DNA of 63,492 bases, filler included, from Elsinoe ampelina (taxonomy: Eukaryota): assembly GCA_010093995.1 (NCBI GenBank). It is 3 parts of 3 records of this genome, joined end to end, with 100 filler letters (N's around TTAATTAATTAA, not from the genome) between each part and the next. Parts side by side here need not be neighbours in the genome. Positions count along the whole stretch, not along the records: positions 1 to 26,056 come from ML992559.1; 2 more parts are not named here. One strand, 5' to 3'. The position numbers and the translations under genes are program-made. Below are positions 12,035 through 22,675 of the stretch, piece by piece. The notes under the pieces are model-generated. The model saw nothing but the letters and a program-made list of their open reading frames with translations, had not been told where the DNA came from and did no database searches. Each line of letters opens with the position of its first letter. The first letter of the stretch is position 1.

Positions 12035-12398
12035 GTTGTCGGTGGTTGTGCTGACAGGGTATCGTGATCGATGAATTCAAAGTCGAGATTTGGGAGTTCT
12101 GTGTGGTGCCCGCACAGACCGCACATTTTGCATCTCGGTGGGACCGATGTTTTGCCGGCCCGGCACAATTCAGCATCAAGAGTCTCTCGAGCCATGAATA
12201 TGGGGTCCTCGAAAACACAACAATAATTTACACCACAACAATTTGAATGCGGATCGCCATGGCAGATCTGATCGGCTATCATATTGTTGCATCTACGAAC
12301 CTCGTATAGTCCTTCATGGCTATTGATGCTATCCGCGACAGCCTATGCTCGCTCAAGCAAATCTCGTGTCCTCATAATTGCCCACCGGCATATCAAGC

Positions 12399-13891
12399 TC
12401 ATTTCTTCGTCCTATCAGCCACTTGACCCTCAGCTGGCACTTTCGGTGCAGGGGTCTTTGTGCCCTTTCCCTCTGCCTGACCCTTCGCTTTGAGACTGGT
12501 AGAATCCTTTGGCAGCTCCTTCGTGTACGGTAGAAACTCTGGCTGGCCAGGAATGTACTTCCTCAAAACCTCTGGTACCTCGATGCCATCCTCCCTCTGG
12601 TAGTTCTCCAACACACAGCAAAGAGCTCTCTCAGTAGCGCAAAGCGTGCAGTTGAGGGCGTGGGTGTAGGTCTTCTGGTAGCTGGCATCTGTCTGCTTCT
12701 TTGGTCCGTACCGCACTTCGAGCTCGCGGGTCTGGTAGTCTGTGCAATTCGAGCAGGAAACGAGTTCTTTGTACTCGCCTTGGTACGGGAACCAAGCTTC
12801 CAGATCGTACTTCTTCGAGGCGGCGTTGTTGAGTGCGCCAGAGACGATGGCAACCACTCGATAGGGAATCTTGAGGGACTGGTAGAACTTTTCCGAGGTG
12901 TTGATCATGCTCTCAAAGTGTGACCATGAATCTTCCGGTTTGCAGTAGATAAATTGTTCAATCTGAGCCACGTTAGTGTCGTGTGACTAATGCTAGGAGC
13001 TGCTTCACTGACCTTCTCGAATTGATGCACCCTGAAGATGCCCCATGCGTCCTTGCCGTGCGAACCAGCCTCCTTCCTGAAACACGTGCTGTACCCTGCG
13101 TACTTGATCGGCAGGTCCTTGTCGGTCAACCACTCTCCATCATGCAGCGCCGATAGAGGCTGTTCTGAAGTCGCAATGAGATACTTGTCATCCTTTGGGT
13201 CGCCCGAGTCCGAGACCTTGTACAGCTCCTCATCGAATTGCTCCAGCTGCGCTGTCTTGGCCATCTGCTCCCTCAGCATGAAGAATGGCGGCTGGTTCGG
13301 CGAGTAGCCCTCGTTGAACAAGAATTCCAGTCCATAGTTGATGAGAGCCAGGTTGAGGAAGACGCCATATTTTGTGAGACAGTACCCTCGGTGTCCTACA
13401 ATCTTCACACCTCTGTCTGGGTCGTAGCCATCCAACCTCGTCAACACCTCGTGGTGACTCAAACAGTCCTTCTTTGTCGGCTCGACTCCCTCGGGCGCCC
13501 AGGTCTTAATCAGCTCATTGTTGTCCTCGTTATCGCTGACTGGCACACTCTCGTGGACGTAATTGCCAATCGTCTTGGTCTTCTTGTTCAGCAATACCAA
13601 TTTCTCGTCTGCTTCCTGCTGTTGTGCCTTCATCTGCTTCTCGAGCTCGATTTTCTGCTTCAGCTGCTCTGATGCGTCACCCTTTGCCTTTTTGATTGAT
13701 CCAATCTCTTTTTGTACACCGTTGATCTGCGCTCGAATCTGTGTGACTTTGTATTGTGTTTCTCGGTGGTCTTCGAACATGGCGATAACTTCGTCCACCA
13801 CAGCTTCTGGAGCATGGCGGCGGCGCTGCGACTCTCGAATCTTCTCCGGGTTGCCGCCACGGTCCTTGATGAAGTCGTTGACGTCGAGCAT
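12399..13891 (-). CDS. SES1: Cytosolic seryl-tRNA synthetase
   Basis: YLIATSEQP, motif 2 FRKEAG..GIFRVHQFEK, ELVSCSNCTDYQ, motif 3 ATER; intron 12963-13012. Confidence 0.97.
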
Positions 13892-14362
13892 GGTGCAATT
13901 GGGTATGTGTGAATGCTGGCGTGGCGGTTCGAAGAAAGTGTTTGGCGAGGTGTGAAGTTGAAGTGGGAGTGGAAATTTGAGTCATGGAGGGGCAACAACT
14001 TTAGGGTATATTATGGTGGGATGACTTGTCTGACCATTTCCTTTCGTTTGGGTAGACGACTAGCTTATAATACATGAATGGTATCTCCCGAAACTCAATA
14101 CGCCTGTCGCCGTCTAGAGATCCGCAAAAAGATCCGCAAATGCAAAAGGTGCTTGCGCCTCTGCTATGCTGTGAAGCAGTCCCTAGTACCCCGCCTGCGC
14201 TGCGTAGGTCTACCATTCGTGGAGCGTCCGCGACACTTGTTTCTTGTGCGCCCTCGTCCCATCTTGCTGTTGGTGTTGTACAAGTCATAATGTGACTCTG
14301 TCGACCTTACCGCCCATGCTCCTTGAGCTGTTGTGCCTGTGGTGTCTGTGTCGCGACAGGCT

Positions 14363-15074
14363 TCACATGACGGCGCACTTGGAGCCCTCCTTGGGGTCGC
14401 CATTCTCCTGGCCCTTCTCGATCTCAGCGATCATGCCCTCAAAGGCCTTCTCGATGTTCTCCTTGAACTTGGCCGAGGTCTCAATGAATCCACATCCAAG
14501 CTCTTGGGTCAACTTCTTGGCTTCCTCGACCGAAACCTGACGCTGCTCGGCACGAAGGTCGGACTTGTTACCAACGACCATGAGGGGGACGGAGTCGGCG
14601 CCCTGCGTTTGTTAGTATGATGAAGCTCAATCAAGTATGGAGAGGGAACTCACGAGGTGGTTGAGGATCTTCTCACGGATGATGCGAACCATGTCGAAGC
14701 TCTGCTTGCTACCAACGCTGTAGACGATCATGTAGCCGTGGATCCCGATAAAGTGCTTGCTGTTGAGGATGGTGTATTCATCCTGTAGGGTCAGTAAGGG
14801 TATGAGAGACCAATTGCATTCGGCTCACCTGTCCTGCAGTGTCGATAATCTCGGTCGCAAAGTCCTGGTTCTTGTAACGGATGGTCTTGGAAAAGGTGTT
14901 CTCGATGGTGGGGTAGTAGGAGTCGACAAAGTGGCCGTCAACGAACTGAACGGTGAGGGAGCTCTTGCCTGTGTGGCTATTAAGCAGATTAGAAAACTTC
15001 GCTATGGCTGGAGACTTACCAACAGACCGGCTGCCAACTATGGCCATCTTACGCTGACGCTGCTGAGGAGACAT
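14363..15074 (-). CDS. RHB1: Rheb small GTPase
   Basis: GSRSVGKS P-loop with the Rheb-specific Arg, YYPTIENTF, DTAGQDEY, NKSD, ETSAK, CAAX box CAVM; introns 14969-15019, 14783-14828, 14603-14653. Confidence 0.95.
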
Positions 15075-16492
15075 GATGCTGTCCAAGTGCTCGTGATTGC
15101 GGTCCGCCTGGAAAAGTTTAGAGGTGTCCAAGTGTCAGAGTCGAGTGAATCGGTCGCGAGAAATGTGCGACGGTGCCAGTAGTTCCAGTATATCCAGTGA
15201 GTTATCGTGAGTCGCGCAATGACCAGCCAGTCCAGAAACCGATTGTCGAGTGCCAGACCAGTGTGAGAGTTGCTGAATTCACCGTCGAGAGAGGTCGCGA
15301 GAGAGTTTCACCAGCGGCAGCGGCATACGGGATTCACGTCACGTTTATTTGCGAGGTATTACCATTTGAAGAACCCTTGTACGTAGAGCGAACGAGTGTG
15401 TGTGGTGCTGTGGAATCTTCTTGTATGTGTGGAAATGTTGCGTGAGTTGTTGTATAGTATGGTTGCGCGGGGTGAGAAATAAAACTGCCGGATCAGCAGG
15501 TATGGGAGTTTGGAAGAAGTGGCAGGGTGTGGAGACGATTTGGCATATGAAATGAATAATGACGGCAGGACGAGCTTCTACTTCACTCTGATCACTTTGT
15601 GGTGCTATCGGGTAAGGTCCCGCGGGCCATCCAGTCCCGCTCCTCCGTACCACAAATGCTGATGATGCTCTCCCAAGATCTTCTCGAGGACATGAATCGA
15701 TCTGCGCAACTGGCGGTGTAGATGGTCCAGGGGCACCAATCGGAACAAGGCCTTCATTACCAGGTTCGAGTGACCCGCCTGCTTGTCACGGGAGGGAGGA
15801 CATGACCGTACGAAATCATCACCTCAGGCTGTAACGTTATATCCCGGTCAAATCCAAGGAGGGCGTTTTTGCTTTTCGATTTGGCATGTGATGGTCCCCT
15901 GGACCTTGCTTGCGGGACAAAAAAGGTCGGTACTCTCCTGTTGTTCCTCTTCCCGCCTGCATGGCACACGACACGAGTCGTAATGTGTCAGGTAGCAATA
16001 TTGTCGTTGTCAATGAGCATTGCCGGTCTCAGATGTGTTGTCAGTGATGAGGCGAGGTCGCACAAGATGGGGCTGTCATTATGCCCTAGTGGGTTCTTCA
16101 TCACTCGTCTGAGCCACGTGCGACAAAACTGCACGGCCTAGCCAAGCTTCTAAATATGCATATTGACGGCACGGGGACAGGTATTCTTGTACTGTATCCA
16201 TGTCACTCGTAGAGACATGACACGAACAAGATTTGCAATGCTTGTGGACAGCGCGCTCGGACTGTTCGGGTTCCAGCAGGGGCGTCGTAGATTGCGTTCA
16301 AAATGTAAGTTATTCGAATAGGTTCATTTGCGTAATAGTGAGCATGGTCGGGGACCCTTGGATATGCTACCGCCCACCGAACCTCGGCCAATGTCTTGGC
16401 ACGAACAGGCTCCCAGACTGTCCTTCGTTGTTACCACCACATGATCGTGCCCCGACGTTCATCGTCTTTCATTCTTTCCTCGTGTCGCGATT

Positions 16493-17561
16493 ATGAGTGC
16501 GGGCTCGTCCTTCGCCACGACCTTCGTCACAAATGTGCAAAGTAAGTCCCTGGTCTGATCCATGCCTTCAAAGCTGACCCAGCGAGGCATCGAAGAGTGC
16601 TTAAGACGATCCGGCACTCTTCAGCCCGACACATTCAATGGTCTGGCTGCTGTGTACGAGGAGCTTAGGACACTTGATCACTCGTACAACCTGGTGAAAT
16701 CCGACTTACCTGAACAGGAGAGAGGTATTTGCGCCAAAGTATGAGCAATGGCTGTTGTCTATCAGGGTTATCTAACATGCAAAGACCATCACAGGCCTTT
16801 GGAGACAGCTGGAATGCTTTAAGAACGTCCGGCCGCCACAGCCAGAGGTGCATCCGGAGCAACGTCTGTCAGAGCAACCTCTGCCATATTATCCGATGAT
16901 GAAGTGCATGACACCAGCATCGGGCGCCGAATATCCAAAGTTGAGATGTTCGTCGTCAACGCTACATCGCATCGAGACTGGCGGTATACCACAGAGCATC
17001 TCGCATAAGATATCCCAGCACATAAAACTCACTCCAGACTTGTTCGGCCCACGCCCACCTCAGCCGGTGACGCTTTCTGACATCGCCTTTTCTTTGATTG
17101 ACATCCGACACCCTTTCGAAGCTGCTTCGGTCACGGCTCACGATATACGATATTCCTTGCTGCTCTTAGGCCATGTGTTTGGAGATGTCCATCTCGAATC
17201 CCTTCGTGGTTGCGTCGTGGTGCTGTCAGCGGAAAATATCCGTATCAGCGCGTCTACAAACTCGATTGTGTGCTTGCTGAGCAACTCTCCTCCCACTATA
17301 GAGAACAGTACAGGTATACGCTTTTGTGAAGCGGCCCCCTCACTCATCACCAAGAACGGATCAAGAAGCACCAGAGGAGAGTGTGGCAATCAGGTCATTG
17401 ATATTTCATGGGACGGGCACGGTGCAAGTCCCAATTGGTCGGCATTAGATCCAACATCCAGACCATCGGATGCCGATTGGGAGCGAGCCCTGCAGGTTCG
17501 ATCGGGCGAAGGGCTTGATGTGCTGCTGCAACGAGTTGGTGTGGGTGCTCCTGGTGTCTAG
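16493..17561 (+). CDS. Divergent tubulin-specific chaperone C (TBCC/Cin2)-like protein
   Basis: C-terminal beta-helix-type sequence LLLGHVFGDVHLESLRGCVVVL..IRI..PTIENSTGIRF..VIDISW..SPNW. Upstream exons (ATG 16493; introns ~16542-16586 and 16739-16784) give a helical N-domain ..LPEQERGICAKTITGL.. in frame with the main ORF. Confidence 0.7.
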
Positions 17562-17752
17562 CTCTTGTCAGCCACAGGTGCTGCTTCTTGACAGATCAGC
17601 GTAGCGCACGTTGATGATATTGCAAGAATGGTGCAAGCGGATCGGGGAAGACGTTGGTTGTGTAATGAGGGATTGTTTGCGCACCACAATCGCTTTCGCC
17701 TGGAAAATGCGACGGACGGAATACAATGTCTCGATAACATTCGTCAGATTTC

Positions 17753-20739
17753 CTACTTCTGCTCTGTCGCTCTATTTTCTTCTGCCACCGCTCTGGAAGA
17801 CGTCGCAATCTTCGTCGCCAACGCTGTGACGGGAATATTGCTCAATAAGTCAAACACCGACACATCCGCCTGATCTCGGTTCGGATCCAACTGCGAAGCT
17901 CGACTGCCAGCAGACTGTCCACTCCGTAAGTGCTGACCGGATTGCTCTTTTCGATGTCCTCCACGGAGATCTTCAAACTCTTCGCCAGCTTCTTGACTAG
18001 CGCATCGCAGACAATATCTGCAGCATCTTCGAGTCCGGTCGCTTGGGCTAAGAGACCACTGATCGCCACACCCTCTACACCTTCATTCTGCAGGATTGTG
18101 TGAGTATCGACAGTGATGAGATGAGAGAGTTTGACGTCTTCAAACCACCAAGGAGCTTCTGCTGCTCTGGCCATCATGCCTCCAGTGCCGAGACCAGTGA
18201 TCAGCTGAGGTGGTAGAGGAACGCCAGGTAGTGATTCGCCTCGTATAGCGGCGTCGAGGATGTTGAGGAACTCTCTCTCGCCAATACCCAGGGAACTCCA
18301 ACCTCGAACATTGTCGTGGACACGATCGTCGGTGCTGTCCCTTGCAAGGAAGCCAACACCTTGAATCATGCCCACGTCAATACAGCAAGCTGCCAGTCCC
18401 TTCGATTTGCGATGGTGGGCGAGTGCGTCTTGATAGGTATTACCTGCGGCATAGTTGCCTTGTCCTCGAGATCCAGCAATGTCAAACAGTGATGACAGCA
18501 GGACAAAGAAGTCCATGTCGTCGGGCAGATGGGCGTGGAGGTTCCAGCTGCCGTGCACCTTTGGTCTGATGGCAGCGTTGAAATGAGAATGGGTCATGTT
18601 CTCGTAAGTCTGTGACTTGTCAGTGATACTTTCCAATCGCTCGTGCTTGGAGACATACCGCTTCCTGAAGCTGCATCGCTCCTTGAACAACACCTTTCAC
18701 TGCGGGCCAACCTTCTGCCTTCAACTTATCCATAACGCTAATCAGCTGTTGCTCGTCGCTGACATCGCAGCTCCAAGCATCGACCCTTGCGCCATCAACG
18801 CTCAACCTGGCCATGAGATCTCTTGCCGATGCCTTTTTCGAACCACTTCTGGACAACAGAAGAATGTTCTTCGCACCTTGCTTCATCATCCATGCAGCAA
18901 TTGCCCTTCCAAGTCCACCACCTCCGCCAGCAATCAGATACGTCGCGTCCTCCCTCAATCTTGTCGTCTTGACCGCTCTCGGTAGCATAGGCAATAAGTC
19001 CTCGTCGATCGCCTCGAGCACAATCTTGCCCGTATGCTTGCCCGTCTGCATCAACCTGAATGCTTCTTCCATCTTGCTGAACGGCATAACCGTGGTAGGC
19101 GCAATCGGCTTTGCAATATCTCTCCTCAACAACTCCACCACCTCGGCAAAAGCCTTTGCTGCCCCAGCTAGATCGTAATGCAGCAGATCCAGCATATTGA
19201 CCGAATGGTACGAGACATTCCTCAAGAACGGCTCCATGTCCAACCCAGTGTTTCCGACGATGTCCTTTTGGCCCAGCTCCACAAATCTGCCGAACCGCTT
19301 GATACACCTCCACGACCTCCTCAACGCCTCCCCAGACAGCGAATTGAGTACAACATCCACCCCCTCGCCCCCGGTCAACCTCTGCACCGCCAGATTAAAA
19401 TCATCCTCATCCCTCGAATTGAAAATATTCCCCTCGGGAATCCCATACTTTTCCACCAACAACCCCCTCTTCGCCTCCGACGACACCGTACAGAAAATCT
19501 CCGCCCCAATATTCTGCGCCAACACAATCGCCGCCTGGCCCACCCCTCCCGCGGCCCCATGGATCAGCACCGACTCCCCCAACCGCAACCTCGCCACCGT
19601 CGACAAGCTGTAATGCGCAGTGGTATACACCCCCGGCAACGCCGCAGCAGCAGCCAAGTCCATCCCTTCCGGCACAGGCTACACCATCGCCGCCGGCGCA
19701 CGGGTCAGGTTCCCAAACGTACCCAGCTTCCACGTCATAACAGCCTGGCCAGGCGCGATGCCCTCCACCCGACTGCCGGCGCGGCGTACCACGCCAGCGC
19801 AATCCACCCCCAACGCGGGCTGGGAGAGCTGCCCCATAGCGACCATGAATGTCCAGAGTGCGGCTCGGACCAGTACTTTCCCGTATGGTTCCAAGCATAT
19901 GGTGGCAGATCGACAAGGAAGTCATCCCTCCCGCTTCGATCTTGGAGAATGGCAGAGATATCGATAGGATACCCAAACTGGAATAGCTTGCCTGCGACGA
20001 TCAATGCTGTCTCGGAAGCGTTCTTGTCACGCTCTAGTGCGGTGTGATAGTTGACCTCGACATTCTTGCTCAAGATTCAAGATGCCAGCACCTGATTTGT
20101 GGGGCCCTTGAGCGCTGCGTGTGGACCAATCTCGATCAAGTGATCCACCAATACCTTCCTCGCACGACGGCCAGACGTCTCTTCCGTATATTGCAGCAGG
20201 GACGAAAGGGCATCTGAGAAGCGGACAGGATTGACGATGTTTGATACCCAGTAGTCAGTACCGCGAGCAGCGTTGTCTACAATTCTCTTGCCTGTTAAGG
20301 AGGAGAACATGTGGACAGAGCTATCACCCTGGGCTAGGCTCTGGATGTCTCCAAGCGCAGCCTGATAGTCACCTGCGATTACTTTCATCTGTGGCGAATG
20401 GTAAGCGACGTTGACGAGGAGCTTCCTGGAAAAGTGGCCGTCGGCCTTGATCGCCGTTTCGAGTGAAGAAATTGTCTGAGAGTCATCGGAAATAGTCGTG
20501 CTCGAAGGGCTGTTGATACAGGCAAGTGTAACTTTGCCATTTTGCAAACGCTCAAGGTATGGTTGGACAGCCTCTTCACCTAGCGAAGTCGCAAGCATAG
20601 CGCCTTGGCCACTCGATGACAGCAGCGAGACTGTGCTGGAAAGACGTCCTCGATGGTAGGCGATCTTCCAAGCATGTTCGCGGGAGAGTGCGCCTTTCGC
20701 GTATGCAGCCGCAATTTCACCACTGGAGTGACCAACCCA
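17753..20739 (-). pseudogene. Highly reducing polyketide synthase relic (partial AT, ER, KR, ACP; KS and DH region deleted)
   Basis: AT GHSSGEIAAAY and AYHS; post-AT LPPYAWNH..YW; ER VLIHGAAGGVGQAA; KR GGGGGLG and GQGNYAAGN (intron 18610-18658); ACP GVDSLLAVELR. Lesions: TGA 20077-20079, out-of-frame deletion at ~19855, TAG 19679-19681, frameshift at ~17870. Confidence 0.92.
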
Positions 20740-21075
20740 GTCTTGCAGCCAATTCACTCTTCATCGCCCTCTTCGCCATTGCTGGCGTCACACACTTATA
20801 CCTGGGCTGGAGATAGAAGTCATGGTTCTTCATGTGGTGCATGATCGTTGGTTGCATTAGTGGAATCGTGGGCTACGCGGGCAGGATCTTGTTGCACTAC
20901 AATCCGTTCAGCTTCCGGGCTTTCCTAGTCCAGACGAGTGAGTTGATTGATGTCAAACGTAGCGTCGTTGGATATCTGACCTTGTTTCAGCCTGCGTGAC
21001 CACAGCTCCGATCGCCTTCTGCGCTGCCATCTATGTTACACTCGCTCTCACCGTTAAGCAGGAAGCACCTGTGAC
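20733..21075 (+). pseudogene. RTA1-like (lipid-translocating exporter family) membrane protein fragment
   Basis: QPSLAANSLFIALF..HLYLGWR*KSWFFMWCMIVGCISGIVGYAGRILLHYNPF, then intron GTGAGT ~20938-20990, then CVTTAPIAFCAAIYVTL. No start codon, internal TAG 20814-20816, 3' truncated. Confidence 0.8.
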
Positions 21076-21335
21076 TTGATGGCACTCGCCTCGACTCAAG
21101 AGAACGATGTTGTAATCGTGTCAGAAAGTATGTTGCAATAGTGAGAACGAATGAAGGACAAGGTGGTTGCCGATCTCGCTCCCGATATCGGTCGTGTTGG
21201 CTATACCGTGATTAAGGTTCGGCTAGCTTCATATTCAGAGAACTACTACATGCGGGGAAACCAATTCCATCTCCCTTTATCTTTACAGCGCTAATGTAAA
21301 TCAGAGAGCCAGGTTCCTGTGCTGTGTCAATAATC

Positions 21336-22568
21336 ATGAGGGGCTTGCGTACAATACACAGAAATGTAGTCACGTTGGCTCACACAGCAAGACGATGGCA
21401 ATCTTCTTATGCTCATCTCGAGCCAGAGATGCAAGCACGCAAGATCAAGCCCATCTTTGACGATCTGACGCCTCTCAATTCCTATCGATTAGACGTCTCG
21501 TTAGCAGACTTCATACCAGGAGCCAAGTAAGTACTCAGATGCCCTCTGGTGTATCGTTCCCTTGATGCTTCCCAATCGTCCCTTTCCCACTTCCCACCAT
21601 ACCACAAGCATAACTGCATCGACCTCGATCAAGATCACCTACTAACCCTCCCCAGACCCCCAGAACTCCTCCAACCACCCTCCTCCACACCCCTCCCCAT
21701 CCCCCACCACCTCCTCTACTTCGAACCCACCCTCCCCGCCCCCCAACTCCTCCCCGACGGCACCAACCCCGCCCACTCCCCCGGCGCCCCCTTCCACCGC
21801 CGCATGTGGGCCGGCGGCTCAGTAACCTACTCCCCGACCGCCCCTCTCCTGCTCAACGGCGCCCGCGCAGTCTGCATCGAAGGCATCCGCTCCGCCACCG
21901 TCAAAGGCCTCCCCCCGCAAGAAAAAGTCTTCGTCAGCATCGAACGACGGCTCGCCCCTCTCCTCCCAGCCGAAACCCAAGCCCTCGCCGCACTCCCCCC
22001 CTCGGCCTCGGACTCCACCATCGCACAAATCGAAGACGACATCCGCGGCCGCATATGGCGGGACGACGACACCGACCTCGGCCCCGCGGGCGTGCTTGAG
22101 CGACGCAACATTGTCTTCCTGCAGGAGAGCAAACCCGCTGCTTCATCACCCAACGGCGCAGGCGACACACCGCCGAAACCCAAGATCCTCAAGCCGAACC
22201 GCGAGGCAACCCTCTTCCGGCATACGATCCTCCCTGACTCCCGCTTGCTGTTCCGCTTCTCGGCGCTGACGTTCAATGCGCACGCTATCCATCTCGATCC
22301 GTTGTTTTGCAGGGAGCAAGAAGGGCATAGGGATCTGCTGTTCCATGGGCCGTTGAGTTTTACGTTTATGATGGTTTTGTTGCGGCGGAGTTTGAAGAGG
22401 GGAGAAGAAGTGGGGTTTGTGGAGTATAGGAATTTGGCGCCTTTGTACTGTAATGAGGAGGTGACGTTTTGTGGGGCGGAGGATGGGGAGGGGAGGTATG
22501 AGGTTTGGGCCGAGGGGAGGGATGGGGGGGTGAAGGTCAAGGGGAGTGTGAGGACGAGGAGGGAGTAA
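21336..22568 (+). CDS. HTD2: Mitochondrial hydroxyacyl-thioester dehydratase type 2-like (hot-dog fold)
   Basis: Presequence MRGLRTIHR; intron 21527-21655; LLPDGT, RRMWAGGSV, LFRFSALTFNAHAIHLD, LLFHGPL. Confidence 0.85.
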
Positions 22569-22675
22569 ATCATGGTTGGCATTTGAGGGGTATCGAATGT
22601 GCTATGCTATCTTTGTCATGCCTGGTTGGTGTCATACAGTGGATTTGATGTGGCGGAAGCAAGGTATAGCTCTGC

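Noticed and set aside
19679..20079. In-frame TAG/TGA in the PKS as programmed readthrough or RNA-editing sites
   Set aside because: The gene also lacks KS and DH and has frameshifts, so plain pseudogenisation explains the stops.
21336..22568. HTD2 as a trans-acting dehydratase for the DH-less PKS next door
   Set aside because: It has a mitochondrial presequence and is a housekeeping mtFAS enzyme, and the PKS is non-functional.
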